DNA of 45,989 bases from Sphingomicrobium sp. (GTDB taxonomy: Bacteria; Pseudomonadota; Alphaproteobacteria; Sphingomonadales; Sphingomonadaceae), in the NCBI GenBank assembly GCA_035514495.1, contig DATKAY010000183.1, positions 1 through 45,989 on the forward strand, given 5' to 3'. The notes under the pieces are model-generated. The model was given only the letters and a program-made list of their open reading frames with translations, ran no database searches and had not been told where the DNA came from. Position numbers and translations under genes: made by a program. Positions 1 to 10,498 of the stretch are shown here, piece after piece. Each line of letters begins with the position of its first letter. Positions within the stretch are counted from its first letter, which is position 1.

Positions 1-240
1 ATTCCCGACGTGATGCGACGGCGGCTGACGCTGACCGGCTCGACCCTCCGGCCGCGCTCGGTCGAGTTCAAGACGATGGTGGCCGACGAGATCGCGAGGA
101 CGGTCTGGCCCTATGTGACAAGCGGCCGGCTCCGGCCGGTCATCGACTCGTGCTTTCCGCTCGCCCAGGCCGGCCTTGCCCACGGCCGGATGGAAGCAGG
201 CGAGCATGTCGGCAAGATCGTGCTGGAGGTCGCGCAGTGA
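1..240 (+). CDS. NAD(P)H-quinone oxidoreductase, PIG3/zeta-crystallin family (3' part, truncated by window)
   Basis: C-terminus RRLTLTGSTLRPR...RPVID..FPL..A..AH.RME.G.HVGKIVL is typical of PIG3-type quinone oxidoreductases. Confidence 0.85.
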   Translation: MPDVMRRRLTLTGSTLRPRSVEFKTMVADEIARTVWPYVTSGRLRPVIDSCFPLAQAGLAHGRMEAGEHVGKIVLEVAQ

Positions 241-361
241 TCCTCCCCGATGTCAGACGCCCTTGCCGATCACTTGCCGGAAGCGTACATCGGGCTCGAA
301 CGGCCGTTCCGCGAGGGGCGGCCCAATTCTTTTGTACTCAATCGCTTGTGGAGACGAACCG

Positions 362-1060
362 GTGGCACAGCCCCTGATGCCTCACGCGACCGCCGCCTGG
401 CTGGTCGAATATACTTCGCTGACCTTCGAGCAGATCGCCCAATTCTGCGGTCTTCACCTTCTCGAAGTGCAGGCGATCGCCGACGACACGGCCGCGACCA
501 AGCTTACCGGGCGCGACCCGGTCCGCTCCGGCGAGCTCACCCACGAGGAAATCGAAAAGGGCCAGAAGGACCCCGATTACCAGCTGCAGATCCAGAAAAA
601 GCCGGACCAGGTCCGGCGGACCAAGGGCCCGCGCTACACTCCGCTCTCCAAGCGGCAGGACAAGCCGGATGGAATCGCCTGGTTGGTGAAGAACCACCCG
701 GAGCTCAGCGACGGCCAGATCGGCAAGCTGATCGGAACCACCCGGACGACGATCACCGCGATCCGCGACCGCACTCACTGGAATATTGCCAACATCACCC
801 CGAAGGACCCGGTGACGCTTGGCCTTACCAGCCAGCGCGAGCTCGACGCCGCGGTTGCGAAGGCGCGCAAGAAGGCCGGTGCAGCGGAGCCGACGGACGA
901 GCATTTCGAGGAGGACCGCCAGGCGCTCATCGACGAGCTTCGGGCCGAGCGGGACCAGCAGGAGCGGGACGCCGAAGCTGCCCTCGTCGCCGCCGAGGCC
1001 GGCGAGGAGCCCGAAGCGGACGAGATCGTCCCGGGCATCAAAGACCCGTTCAAGCGCTGA
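362..1060 (+). CDS. trcR: DUF1013 protein, cell-cycle transcriptional regulator TrcR
   Basis: PLMPHATAAWLV..T.LTF.QIA.FCGLH.LEVQ.IAD, KGPRYTPLSKRQDKPD, IGTT..TI..IRDRTHWN, DPVTLGL motifs; GTG start at 362 with GGAG upstream. Confidence 0.88.
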   Translation: MAQPLMPHATAAWLVEYTSLTFEQIAQFCGLHLLEVQAIADDTAATKLTGRDPVRSGELTHEEIEKGQKDPDYQLQIQKKPDQVRRTKGPRYTPLSKRQDKPDGIAWLVKNHPELSDGQIGKLIGTTRTTITAIRDRTHWNIANITPKDPVTLGLTSQRELDAAVAKARKKAGAAEPTDEHFEEDRQALIDELRAERDQQERDAEAALVAAEAGEEPEADEIVPGIKDPFKR

Positions 1061-1100
1061 CCGGTTGATTCCCGGCCGCTAGACGCTCATTCCTTCCGTC

Positions 1101-1346
1101 ATGGACACGCCCGAGCCGCCAGCCGACCTGAGCTTCGAGGCCGCCCTGGAGCGGCTCGAGGAGATCGTCCGCACTCTCGAGCGGGGCGAGGCGCCGCTCG
1201 ACCAGTCGATCGAGCTGTACAAGGAAGGCGACAAGCTCAAGCGTCATTGCGAAGCTCGCCTGAAGTCGGCCCAGGCGCGGATCGAACAGATCGCCTTCGG
1301 AAGCGACGGCGAACCCAAGGGGGTGAAGCCCTTCGATGCCGGTTGA
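1101..1346 (+). CDS. xseB: Exodeoxyribonuclease VII small subunit
   Basis: SFEAALERLEEIVRTLERGEAPLDQSIELY..G..L...C...L..A; 81 aa; upstream of ispA. Confidence 0.96.
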   Translation: MDTPEPPADLSFEAALERLEEIVRTLERGEAPLDQSIELYKEGDKLKRHCEARLKSAQARIEQIAFGSDGEPKGVKPFDAG

Positions 1347-2244
1347 AATCGGCACTCGGCTCGATCTCGAATCGGAGGCCGATCGCGTTTCGGCCGAGCT
1401 GGACGATTTCTTCCTGCGCCTTCTGCAGCCGCCCGGCGACAGCCGCGAGCGATTGTACCTGGCGATGCGGCACGCCGCGGTCGGCGGCGGCAAGCGTCTT
1501 CGCCCGCTACTGACCGTCGTCGCCTCGCGATTGTTCGGAATCGATGAGGACCAGTCGCTGCGGGTGGCCGCAGCAATCGAGGCCATCCACGTCTATTCGC
1601 TGATCCACGACGACCTTCCGTCGATGGACGACGACGACCTCCGGCGCGGAAAGCCGACGGTCCACAAGGCGTTCGACGAAGCGACCGCGGTGCTTGCCGG
1701 CGACAGCCTCCACGCTCTGGCTTTCGAAATCCTCGCCCACGAAGCCACGCACAAGGACCCGCAGGTGCGCTCCGATCTCGTGCTCGAGCTGTCGAGGGCG
1801 TCGGGCCCCAACGGGATGGCGGGCGGGCAGATGATGGACCTGCTCGCCGAGAACCGGCCGCTCGACCTGCCGACGATCACCCGGCTGCAGCAGCTCAAGA
1901 CCGGCGCACTGATAGAATATGCGGTCGAGGCGCCGTGCATCATCATCCGACTCGCCCGCGAGGCGCGGACGCCGTACCGCGGCTATGCGCGGGACGTCGG
2001 CCTCGCGTTCCAGATCACCGACGACCTCATCGACCATAGCGGCAGCGAAGCCGCGGCGGGCAAGCGCACCGGCAAGGATGCGAAGGCCGGAAAGGCCACG
2101 TTCGTGTCGCTGTTCGGGGCCGAGCGCGCGCGCCAGCAGGCGCAGCTGCTGGTCGAACAGGCCATTGACCATCTGTCCGACCACGGCGAAGAGGCCGACA
2201 TGCTGCGCGAGATCGCGCGCTTCGCAATCGAGCGGGACAGGTAA
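1336..2244 (+). CDS. ispA: Farnesyl diphosphate synthase (geranyltranstransferase)
   Basis: GGKRLRP, SLIHDDLPSMDDDDLRRGKPT, GQMMDL, KTGAL, FQITDD motifs. Confidence 0.95.
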   Translation: MPVEIGTRLDLESEADRVSAELDDFFLRLLQPPGDSRERLYLAMRHAAVGGGKRLRPLLTVVASRLFGIDEDQSLRVAAAIEAIHVYSLIHDDLPSMDDDDLRRGKPTVHKAFDEATAVLAGDSLHALAFEILAHEATHKDPQVRSDLVLELSRASGPNGMAGGQMMDLLAENRPLDLPTITRLQQLKTGALIEYAVEAPCIIIRLAREARTPYRGYARDVGLAFQITDDLIDHSGSEAAAGKRTGKDAKAGKATFVSLFGAERARQQAQLLVEQAIDHLSDHGEEADMLREIARFAIERDR

Positions 2245-2742
2245 ATGGAGAGAGTGGGAGTTTATCCCGGGACGTTCGATCCGATGACTCTCGGGCACCT
2301 CGACATCATTCGCCGGGCGACCAATTTGGTCGACCGGCTGGTGGTCGGCGTGACGACCAATCCGTCGAAGGAGCCTTTGTTCTCGGTCGAAGAGCGGCTC
2401 GAAATGGCCCGCCGCGAGACGGCGGGCATTGCCGACGGCACGATCCAGGTCGTCGACTTCGATTCTCTGTTGATGGATTTCGCCGAGCGCGAAGGTGCCT
2501 CGATGATTATCCGCGGCTTACGGGCGGTCGGCGATTTCGAATACGAATTCCAGATGGCCGGAATGAACCAGCAGCTGAACAACCGAATCGAGACGGTCTT
2601 CCTGATGGCCGATGTCTCGCTCCAGCCGATCGCCTCGAGGCTTGTCAAGGAGATCGCCCGCTACGGCGGCTCGATCGACAAGTTCGTCACCCCGGCAGTT
2701 GCCGAGGATGTCGCCCGGCAGCTCGGCCAGAGCAAAAGTTGA
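2245..2742 (+). CDS. coaD: Pantetheine-phosphate adenylyltransferase
   Basis: YPGTFDPMTLGHLDII, RGLRAVGDFEYE, ETVFL motifs. Confidence 0.97.
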   Translation: MERVGVYPGTFDPMTLGHLDIIRRATNLVDRLVVGVTTNPSKEPLFSVEERLEMARRETAGIADGTIQVVDFDSLLMDFAEREGASMIIRGLRAVGDFEYEFQMAGMNQQLNNRIETVFLMADVSLQPIASRLVKEIARYGGSIDKFVTPAVAEDVARQLGQSKS

Positions 2743-2750
2743 ATGATTCG

Positions 2751-3317
2751 ATGAAATTGCTCGCGCTGCCACTCGCCGCCTTCGCGCTCGTCGCTGCCGG
2801 TCCGCAAGCGCCGGAAAAGCAGGTCCTACCGATCAACCCGCCCGCCGATGTCGTCGCCGATCCGGCCAACCGGCTGTCGCTCCTTCTGTCGAACGGCGGC
2901 ACGGTCGTGATCCAGCTGAGGCCCGACGCCGCGCCCGCGCATGTCGAGCGAGTGCGGTTGCTGGTCCGGCAGGGCTTCTACGACGGCACGGTCTTCCACC
3001 GGGTCGTGCCGGGCTTCATGGCGCAGGGTGGAGACCCGACCGGGACCGGGGAGGGCGGATCCCCGCTTCCGGACCTGACTGCCGAGTTCAACTCCCTGCC
3101 GCATTTGCGCGGCACAATGGCGGCAGCGCGGACCGCCGACAGCAGCGACAGCGCCAACAGCCAGTTCTTCATAATGTTCGTTCGCAACCTGTCGCTGGAC
3201 GGCAATTATACGGTCCTCGGCCGGGTCGTATCCGGAATGGATGCGGTTGACCGGATCGCTCCCGGCGAGCCGCCGGCCGAGCCGACCAGGATCGTCAAGG
3301 CGTCGATCGGCGGCTGA
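2751..3317 (+). CDS. Cyclophilin-type peptidyl-prolyl cis-trans isomerase with signal peptide
   Basis: [40 protein letters not shown]; N-terminal [16 protein letters not shown] signal; start 2751 or 2739. Confidence 0.92.
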   Translation: MKLLALPLAAFALVAAGPQAPEKQVLPINPPADVVADPANRLSLLLSNGGTVVIQLRPDAAPAHVERVRLLVRQGFYDGTVFHRVVPGFMAQGGDPTGTGEGGSPLPDLTAEFNSLPHLRGTMAAARTADSSDSANSQFFIMFVRNLSLDGNYTVLGRVVSGMDAVDRIAPGEPPAEPTRIVKASIGG

Positions 3318-3412
3318 CCCGCCGATCGGAGGCCAAGCGCGCGCATCGCCCTCATCCATGCCATCCCCGCTTTCCCTCCCAATCAGCGGGAAGCAGGCCT
3401 AATGCCCGCCCG

Positions 3413-4462
3413 ATGCGCGTCGATTGCTTCGATTTCGATCTCCCAGCGGACCGAATAGCGCTTCGGCCGGCGCGTCCGCGCGATTCGGCCCGGATGCTGC
3501 TGGTCGACGGCGACAGCATCTCCGACCGCGCCGTTCTCGACCTGCCGGGCCTCCTCCGCCCGGGGGACGTGCTTGTTTTCAACGACACCAAGGTGATCCC
3601 CGCGCAGCTCGAGGGACGTAAAGGGAAGGCTCGGATCGGGGTCACGCTTCACAAAAGGGAGGGGCCCCGGAGCTGGCGGGCGTTCGTCCGCAACGCGAAG
3701 CGGATACGCGAGGGCGACCGCATCGATTTCGCGCAAGGGGTGCAGGCCTCGGCGCTCGAGCGGGGCGGCGACGGCAGCTTCCTGCTGCACTTTCACGGCG
3801 AGGAGCCGGTCGAGACGCTCCTTGAGAGGGCGGGTCGGATGCCGCTCCCCCCGTACATCTCCTCCAGGCGGCCCGCCGACGAAGCGGACCGGGACGATTA
3901 CCAGACGATGTTCGCGCGCGAGGAGGGGGCCGTCGCAGCGCCGACCGCAGCGCTTCATTTCACCGACCGGCTGTTGCGGGCACTGGACGAGCGCGGCGTG
4001 CTTCGCGAGACGGTAACCCTTCACGTCGGCGCCGGGACTTTCCTTCCGGTGAAGTCGGAGGACACCGCCGGGCACCGCATGCACTCCGAATGGGGCCGCA
4101 TCGACGCCGTCACGGCCGGGCGGCTCAACGCTGCACATTCGGCGGGAGGACGGCTGATCGCGGTCGGAACGACCTCCCTGAGGCTGGTCGAGACCGCCGC
4201 CGACGAAACCGGGACAATCCACCCGTTCGAGGGCGATACCGCGATCTTCATCACCCCCGGCTATGCATTCAGGGCGACGGACGGGCTGATGACCAACTTC
4301 CACCTGCCGCGCTCGACCCTGTTCATGCTGGTCAGTGCGCTGATGGGGCTGGACGTGATGAAGCGCGCCTATGCCCATGCGATCGAGCAGGGCTATCGCT
4401 TCTACAGCTACGGGGATTCGAGCCTGCTCATTCCCAGCGCAACATCATCCATTCCGGAGTAG
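3413..4462 (+). CDS. queA: S-adenosylmethionine:tRNA ribosyltransferase-isomerase
   Basis: FDFDLP...[62 protein letters not shown]. Confidence 0.97.
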   Translation: MRVDCFDFDLPADRIALRPARPRDSARMLLVDGDSISDRAVLDLPGLLRPGDVLVFNDTKVIPAQLEGRKGKARIGVTLHKREGPRSWRAFVRNAKRIREGDRIDFAQGVQASALERGGDGSFLLHFHGEEPVETLLERAGRMPLPPYISSRRPADEADRDDYQTMFAREEGAVAAPTAALHFTDRLLRALDERGVLRETVTLHVGAGTFLPVKSEDTAGHRMHSEWGRIDAVTAGRLNAAHSAGGRLIAVGTTSLRLVETAADETGTIHPFEGDTAIFITPGYAFRATDGLMTNFHLPRSTLFMLVSALMGLDVMKRAYAHAIEQGYRFYSYGDSSLLIPSATSSIPE

Positions 4463-4476
4463 ATCCCCAGGCGAAG

Positions 4477-4493
4477 TTAACCGCAACCGTTAA
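4477..4493. promoter_or_regulatory. Inverted repeat TTAAC-N7-GTTAA, candidate regulator site upstream of the GT2 gene
   Basis: AT-rich dyad TTAAC CGCAACC GTTAA in the short queA-GT2 spacer. Confidence 0.35.
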
Positions 4494-4528
4494 AGTTGCC
4501 CGTTCCAATCATGGAATGGCGGGGTGCA

Positions 4529-5890
4529 ATGGCTACGATCGCGGATCCGAAGCCGCGCGGACGTTCGCGCGTGTATATCGCGATTCCGTTCAAGTTCGGG
4601 ATTGCCATGATTGCCGCGCTCGCGTGGATGATGTTCAGCATCATCGTGTCGCGCCCGTGGCTGGATTCGTTCGGCCAGGCCACCCATCCGTTGTTCGCTT
4701 TGTTCGCGATTTCGTTCATCGCCTATGTCCCGGGCTTCATGAACGCCTTCCTGGTGACGAGCCTGCTGCTCGATCGCCGGCCCCGCAGGCGAAAGCCGGA
4801 CGTCTATCCCGGGGTGACGGTGCTGATCGCCGCCTACCAGGAAGAATGCGCGATCGCCGACACGCTGATCACCATCGCGGCCGAGGATTATCGGGGGCCT
4901 CTCGAGGTGCTGGTCCTCAACGACGGCTCCACCGATCGAACCGCCGAGATCGCGGCACGAACTATCGGCAGGCTTGATCTTCCCGCCAACCGCACGTTCC
5001 GGGTGATCGACTATCCCGCCAACCGCGGAAAGGCGTTGGTCCTCAACTCGGGCCTCGAACAGGCGTCGCACGATCTCATCGTGACGATAGACGGGGATTC
5101 GCGGCTCAATCCCGACGCACTGACCGACATCGTCGAGCGAATGTTTTCGGACCCGCCCGATACGGTCGCGGTCGCGGGCGCGATCCTGGTGCGCAACTCG
5201 CGCGAGAACGTAATCACCGGCGCCCAGGAATGGGACTATTTCCAGGGCATTGCCGCGGTGAAGCGGATGCAGAGCATGTACCACGGCACGCTCGTCGCCC
5301 AGGGTGCCTTCTCGATCTACCGAAAGGAAGCGTTGCTCGAGGTCGGCGGCTGGCCCGATTGCGTCGGCGAGGACATCGTCGTCAGTTGGGCTCTGCTCAA
5401 CCGCAATTACAGGATCGGCTATGCCGAGGATGCGATCGCCTGGACCAATGCGCCCAACACCTACCGGCAGTTCGCCCGCCAGCGCCACCGCTGGTCGCGC
5501 GGAATGATCGAGGCCCTGAACCAGCAGCAGACCCTGTTGTTCAGACCGCGGCTGACGATGATGTTCATCTGGTGGAACCTGCTCTTCATCCCGCTCGATC
5601 TGGTCTATACGTTCCTGTTCCTCCCCGGCGTGCTGGCGGCGATCTTCTTCCAGATCTACTGGATCGCCGGGCCGATGACTCTCGCGGTCCTGCCGCTCGC
5701 GGGGCTCTGGAACCTCGTCATCTACCGGAAGCAGTCGGGGATGTTCCGGGATCGTGGGCTGAAGGTTCGGCACAATCCCGTCGGCCTGATTGTCTACCTT
5801 TTCCTCTACACGCTGATGATGCAGCCGATCTGCGTGTGGGGCTATGCCAGCGAGATGTTCGGCGCTCGAAAGAACTGGGGCACGAAGTGA
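4529..5890 (+). CDS. Processive membrane GT2 polysaccharide synthase, PgaC/IcaA-like
   Basis: Two N-terminal hydrophobic helices; NDGSTD, GKA, DGD, GED and QRHRWSRG (D,D,D,QxxRW) motifs; C-terminal hydrophobic helices. Confidence 0.85.
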   Translation: MATIADPKPRGRSRVYIAIPFKFGIAMIAALAWMMFSIIVSRPWLDSFGQATHPLFALFAISFIAYVPGFMNAFLVTSLLLDRRPRRRKPDVYPGVTVLIAAYQEECAIADTLITIAAEDYRGPLEVLVLNDGSTDRTAEIAARTIGRLDLPANRTFRVIDYPANRGKALVLNSGLEQASHDLIVTIDGDSRLNPDALTDIVERMFSDPPDTVAVAGAILVRNSRENVITGAQEWDYFQGIAAVKRMQSMYHGTLVAQGAFSIYRKEALLEVGGWPDCVGEDIVVSWALLNRNYRIGYAEDAIAWTNAPNTYRQFARQRHRWSRGMIEALNQQQTLLFRPRLTMMFIWWNLLFIPLDLVYTFLFLPGVLAAIFFQIYWIAGPMTLAVLPLAGLWNLVIYRKQSGMFRDRGLKVRHNPVGLIVYLFLYTLMMQPICVWGYASEMFGARKNWGTK

Positions 5891-6783
5891 TGCGATTCGC
5901 GCCCTTCGCCGCGCTCGCCGCGGCTGTTCAGTCGCCGGCGCAGGCTGCATCGCCGGCGGCCGGAATCGAGGTCTTCTATTCGTCCGATGCCGAGGACAGC
6001 GAGATCTTCAAGACCGCCGTGCTTTTCGACCTGAAGCACGCAAGCCGGGACAAATATCTGGGAGTGAAGTTCGAGCGGGCTCGATTCACGCCGCTCGGGC
6101 AGGACGGCAAGACGATGGAGCGCGTCTATATCCGAGCCGCCGATTCGATCGGCGGGTGGAAGTGGAACGCGACCGTCGGGACGGACGGCCATACGATCCT
6201 CGGCTCGGCAGCAATCCACGACCAGTCGAAATTCCGAAAGGAGTTCTTCGTCGAGCGCGATATCGTAGAGACTCCGCTCGGCATCTCGCGCGGCCTTTAC
6301 TCCACCTTCGCCGGCGCCGCGATCGACCTCCCGGCGGACGATCGCAACATCTTCACCGCATTCGCCGGAATCCAGGACTTCACCGGCGACAACGTCCGTC
6401 TCCATCTCCGCGGCAATTACGTCCACGTGCTGAAGCCGCAATGGGGTCTGAGCGCCCAGCTCAGGGGGCGGTATTTCAAAAGCAGCCAGCCCGGCGAGTT
6501 CGATTATTTCTCGCCGCGCTGGTACGCCGAAGTCCTCCCCGTCATCCAGATGCGGCGCTTCGTCGGCGGCTGGCAGCTGCTCGGCGCGCTTGGCTATGGC
6601 GCCCAGCGCGATTCAGACAGCAAGTGGCGCAGCTCGCGCTATGCGAACGCGCGCTTCACCAGCCCGCGCTTTCACAAGGACTGGGCGCTGACCGGCAATT
6701 TCGTCTACACCAGCACCCCGGTCGCGACCGGCAACACCTACGGCTATTTCCAGGCGAACATCGGGCTTGTGAAGGCGTTCTAG
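5890..6783 (+). CDS. Putative outer-membrane beta-barrel, PgaA/BcsC-like export pore without TPR region
   Basis: Signal peptide (..SPAQA); alternating amphipathic strands; DFTGDNVR and YFSP motifs; C-terminal Phe ([11 protein letters not shown]); start overlaps the GT2 stop (GTGATG). Confidence 0.65.
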   Translation: MRFAPFAALAAAVQSPAQAASPAAGIEVFYSSDAEDSEIFKTAVLFDLKHASRDKYLGVKFERARFTPLGQDGKTMERVYIRAADSIGGWKWNATVGTDGHTILGSAAIHDQSKFRKEFFVERDIVETPLGISRGLYSTFAGAAIDLPADDRNIFTAFAGIQDFTGDNVRLHLRGNYVHVLKPQWGLSAQLRGRYFKSSQPGEFDYFSPRWYAEVLPVIQMRRFVGGWQLLGALGYGAQRDSDSKWRSSRYANARFTSPRFHKDWALTGNFVYTSTPVATGNTYGYFQANIGLVKAF

Positions 6784-6793
6784 ACCGGCAGAT

Positions 6794-6822
6794 TTGCCCG
6801 GCCCCGCAATGCCGCCTAGGCG
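6794..6822 (+). promoter_or_regulatory. Putative sigma70-type promoter of tgt (possibly leaderless mRNA)
   Basis: TTGCCC-N17-TAGGCG ends 8 nt before ATG 6831; no Shine-Dalgarno visible. Confidence 0.35.
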
Positions 6823-6830
6823 CACCGGCG

Positions 6831-7940
6831 ATGGCAAGGCCCGACTTCACGATCGCCGCGACCGACGGGCGGGCCCGCACCGGCCTGCTGCGCATGGAGC
6901 GAGGCGAAATACGCACTCCGGCCTTCATGCCCGTCGGGACGGCCGCGACCGTCAAGGCGATGAAACCCGATGAAGTGCGCGCCTCGGGAGCCGACATCAT
7001 CCTGGGCAACACCTATCACCTGCTGCTTCGCCCGGGCGCGGAGCGGATCGCTCGCCTCGGCGGTCTTCATGCCTTCATGGGCTGGGACCGGCCGATCCTG
7101 ACCGACAGCGGCGGCTATCAGGTGATGAGCCTGGCTGGCTTGACCCGGGTGAGCGAGGAAGGGGTCGCCTTTGCGAGCCATCTCGACGGCAGCCGCCACA
7201 TGCTGTCCCCGGAACGCTCGATCGAGGTCCAGCGCCTGCTGGGCTCCGATATCGCGATGTCCTTCGACCAGCTGGTGCCGGCAAGCGCGACGAGCGACGA
7301 GCAGAGGGAGGCGATGGAGCGCTCGACGCGCTGGGCGGAACGGTCGAAACAGGCCTTTTCAGGCCCTGGAGCGCTGTTCGGCATTCAGCAGGGCGGGCTC
7401 GACGAGGAGCTTCGCCGCCGCTCGGCCGAGGCGCTGCGCGCAATCGGCTTCGACGGCTATGCGATCGGCGGCCTGGCCGTCGGCGAGGGACAGGAAGCGA
7501 TGTGCGCTGTGCTGGATTTCGCGGCACCGATGCTCCCCGCGGACCGGCCGCGCTACCTGATGGGGGTCGGCAAGCCCGACGATTTGGTCGAGGCGGTCCT
7601 GCGCGGCGTCGATATGTTCGATTGTGTGCTTCCGACGCGCTCCGGGCGCACCGGCCAGGCATTCACCGTCAGCGGCCCTATCAACATCCGCAATGCGCGC
7701 TTTGCCGAGGACCGGGCGCCGCTGGAGCCCGGCTGCCCATGCCCTTCCTGCACGGGCTTCGAGCGCGCCTACATCCACCATCTCGTCCGCTCCGGCGAGA
7801 TCCTCGGGGCGGTGCTGATGACCGAGCATAATTTGTGGTTCTACCAGCGGCTGATGCAGGCAATCCGAGAGGCGATCGCGCACAGCCGCCTGTCGACATT
7901 CGCGAGGGAATTTCTGAAGGGCTACAGCAGCCCGGCCTAG
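6831..7940 (+). CDS. tgt: Queuine tRNA-ribosyltransferase (tRNA-guanine transglycosylase)
   Basis: [52 protein letters not shown], CxCxxC..H zinc site. Confidence 0.97.
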   Translation: MARPDFTIAATDGRARTGLLRMERGEIRTPAFMPVGTAATVKAMKPDEVRASGADIILGNTYHLLLRPGAERIARLGGLHAFMGWDRPILTDSGGYQVMSLAGLTRVSEEGVAFASHLDGSRHMLSPERSIEVQRLLGSDIAMSFDQLVPASATSDEQREAMERSTRWAERSKQAFSGPGALFGIQQGGLDEELRRRSAEALRAIGFDGYAIGGLAVGEGQEAMCAVLDFAAPMLPADRPRYLMGVGKPDDLVEAVLRGVDMFDCVLPTRSGRTGQAFTVSGPINIRNARFAEDRAPLEPGCPCPSCTGFERAYIHHLVRSGEILGAVLMTEHNLWFYQRLMQAIREAIAHSRLSTFAREFLKGYSSPA

Positions 7941-8836
7941 ATCGCGTCGTCCTCGACGGCTTGGGAATCGTCTTCGCCGGCCAGCTTGTCCTGGGTCCTC
8001 AGCTCGAAGTCGCTGGAACCATGGCGCTCGCGAAGCTGCTCGGACGGGTTGCCGGTGGTCTTGTTGACGATCCGCCCCCGCCTGACGGCCGGGCGGGCGG
8101 CGACCTGCCTGGCCCAGCGGTTGAGGTGCTCATACTCCTGCGCCGCAAGGAAAGTGTCCGCTCCCTCATAGGTCTTGCCGAGGACGAGCTGGCCGTACCA
8201 GGGCCAGATCGCGATGTCGGCGATCGAATAATCCGGCCCGGCGACATGGTCGTGCTCCGCAAGCCGGCGGTCGAGCACGTCTAGCTGCCTCTTCACTTCC
8301 ATCGCATAGCGGTTGATCGGATATTCCTGCTTGGTCGGGGCATAAGCGAAGAAATGGCCGAAGCCGCCGCCCAGGAAGGGGGCGCTTCCCATCTGCCAGA
8401 ACAGCCAGGAAAGGGTTTCGGCGCGGCCGGGGCCGGCCCGAGGCAGGAACTCCCCGAACTTCTCGGCCAGGTGAAGGAGGATGGCGCCGGACTCGAATAG
8501 GCGCACCGGCTCCGGGCCGCTACGGTCCACCATCGCCGGGATCTTCGAATTGGGGTTCACTTCGACAAAGCCGGTCGAAAATTGATCCCCCTTTCCAATG
8601 TCGATCAGCCAGGCGTCATACTCCGCCTTCGAATGGCCTTTCTCGAGCAGCTCCTCGAACATGATCGTGACCTTCTGCCCGTTGGGAGTACCCAGCGAAT
8701 AAAGCTGGAACGGGTGCTTTCCGGTCGGCAGCGCCTTGTCGTGGGTAGCTCCGGCCACCGGCCGGTTGATGCTCTCGAATCGGCCGCCGCTCGGAGCGTC
8801 CCAGGTCCAGACTTCAGGCGGGGCGTATTCGGTCAT
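7937..8836 (-). CDS. yghU: Glutathione-dependent disulfide-bond oxidoreductase (GST nu class)
   Basis: [66 protein letters not shown]. Confidence 0.93.
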   Translation of the reverse strand: MTEYAPPEVWTWDAPSGGRFESINRPVAGATHDKALPTGKHPFQLYSLGTPNGQKVTIMFEELLEKGHSKAEYDAWLIDIGKGDQFSTGFVEVNPNSKIPAMVDRSGPEPVRLFESGAILLHLAEKFGEFLPRAGPGRAETLSWLFWQMGSAPFLGGGFGHFFAYAPTKQEYPINRYAMEVKRQLDVLDRRLAEHDHVAGPDYSIADIAIWPWYGQLVLGKTYEGADTFLAAQEYEHLNRWARQVAARPAVRRGRIVNKTTGNPSEQLRERHGSSDFELRTQDKLAGEDDSQAVEDDAI

Positions 8837-8917
8837 CTTGGCTCCCTTGGCTTAAATTGCGCAGCCGAGCTGGGGGGGCCGTGAAGCGCCTTTCCAGAGC
8901 CAGCGGCCAGTCCGCGT

Positions 8918-10384
8918 TCAGGAGGCGCTGACTTTCAGGAAATCGGGAAGCGGGCCGTTCCACTCCGCGTCATCGTCCGGCTTGGCCGCCTTTGGCCGGT
9001 CGGTACGCTGCGCCTGCCGCTGAGGCTGGCGGGGCTCGTCGGAAGGTTTGTCGGCCTGCTTTTCCGGCTTGTTCCTGCCGTCCGCCGCCTCGGCCTTCCC
9101 CGGCTTCCGCTGCCTGGAGGACCTGACCCGGTCGCCCCGAGGCTCGTCAGCGCCTTTCGGTTCAGCCTTGCGCCGGGGCTCCGCTTTCGCCTGGGCCTCC
9201 GGTTCCGGCTTCGCCTGGTCTTTCGCTTCGGCCTCGGATTTATCCTGGCGCTTCGCTTCCGCCTTGAGCGGCTCCTTGCCGAGCCTCGAGATCGGCTGGC
9301 CGAGCATCTTCTCGATCGCTGAGATTTGGTCGGCCTCTTCCCTCGACGCCAAGGTGATTGCGACCCCGGTTGCGCCGGCGCGGCCGGTGCGCCCGATCCG
9401 GTGGATGTAATCGTCCGGCTGCCACGGAACGTCGAAGTTGAAGATGTGGCTGACGCCCTTGATGTCGAGCCCGCGTGCAGCGACGTCGGAGGCGACGAGA
9501 ATGTTGTGCTCGTTGCTCTTGAACCGGTCGAGCTCGGCGATCCGTTCCGACTGGTCCATGTCCCCCTGGATCTGGCCCGCCGCGAAACGCGCCCGCCTGA
9601 GGCTGGTGGTTAGTTCACGGACCGTCGTCTTCCGGTTGCAGAAGATGATGGCGTTCTTGACGTCTTCGGACCGCAGCAGCTTGCGAAGGGTCTCGCGCTT
9701 CTCGCTCGACTTCACCTCCACCAGGCGCTGTTCGATGTTGACGTTCGCCGTTGCCGGCCGCGCCATTTCGATCTGCTTGGGGTCGCGCAAAAATTTCGCC
9801 GCCAGCTTCTGGATCGGCGGCGGCATGGTCGCCGAGAACAGGAGCGTCTGCCGCGACGCGGGAAGCTTCGAGCAGATTTCCTCGATATCCGGGATGAAGC
9901 CCATGTCGAGCATCCGGTCCGCCTCGTCGATGACGAGCAGGTCGCAGCCGGTCATCAGGATCTTGCCGCGCTGGAACAGGTCGAGCAGCCGCCCGGGCGT
10001 TGCGATCAGCACGTCGACGCCCTTTTCGAGCGCCTTCACCTGGTCGCCCATCTGCACGCCGCCGATCAGAAGCGCCATCGAGAGCTTGTGATACTTGCCG
10101 TATTTCTCGAAATTCTCGGCGACCTGTGCGGCGAGCTCGCGGGTCGGCTCTAGGATCAGCGAGCGCGGCATCCGGGCCCGGCTCCGCCCTTCGGCCAGGA
10201 TGTCGATCATCGGCAGAACGAAGCCGGCGGTCTTGCCGGTGCCGGTCTGGGCGATGCCGACCAGGTCCTTGCCCATCAGGACAGTCGGTATCGCCCCGCG
10301 CTGGATTGGCGTGGGCTCGGTGTAGCCGCTGTCCTCGACTGCTCGAAGTAACTGGTCTGAAAGGCCGAGATCGGCGAAAGTCAT
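8918..10384 (-). CDS. DEAD-box ATP-dependent RNA helicase (RhlE-like)
   Basis: PTPIQ, AQTGTGKT, PTRELA, TPGRL, DEAD, SAT, ARGLD, HRIGRTGRAG; charged low-complexity C-terminal tail. Confidence 0.95.
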   Translation of the reverse strand: MTFADLGLSDQLLRAVEDSGYTEPTPIQRGAIPTVLMGKDLVGIAQTGTGKTAGFVLPMIDILAEGRSRARMPRSLILEPTRELAAQVAENFEKYGKYHKLSMALLIGGVQMGDQVKALEKGVDVLIATPGRLLDLFQRGKILMTGCDLLVIDEADRMLDMGFIPDIEEICSKLPASRQTLLFSATMPPPIQKLAAKFLRDPKQIEMARPATANVNIEQRLVEVKSSEKRETLRKLLRSEDVKNAIIFCNRKTTVRELTTSLRRARFAAGQIQGDMDQSERIAELDRFKSNEHNILVASDVAARGLDIKGVSHIFNFDVPWQPDDYIHRIGRTGRAGATGVAITLASREEADQISAIEKMLGQPISRLGKEPLKAEAKRQDKSEAEAKDQAKPEPEAQAKAEPRRKAEPKGADEPRGDRVRSSRQRKPGKAEAADGRNKPEKQADKPSDEPRQPQRQAQRTDRPKAAKPDDDAEWNGPLPDFLKVSAS

Positions 10385-10498
10385 TCTAAAATCCGGAAAA
10401 AAAGGTGAGGCGGCGACCCATCTGCCGCGCCCGATGCGCTATGCTACCTGGGGCGACAAAGTTCAAGGCTATCACTGCTCGTGCAGAAACGGCCCGGG

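Noticed and set aside
4529-5890. GT2 between queA and tgt as a queuosine-glycosylating enzyme
   Set aside because: Multiple TM helices, the QxxRW processive motif and coupling to an outer-membrane barrel point to a secreted polymer synthase, not a soluble tRNA-modifying enzyme
5844-6830. Long N-terminal extensions in the ORF track (tgt 698 aa, manC 768 aa, barrel 517 aa, atpH 289 aa)
   Set aside because: The extensions overlap other real genes and are Arg/Pro-rich shadow frames; family homology begins at the downstream starts given
10445-10468. RpoH promoter (CTTGAA...CCCCAG on the minus strand) for the helicase
   Set aside because: The spacer is only 8 nt, too short for a sigma32 promoter
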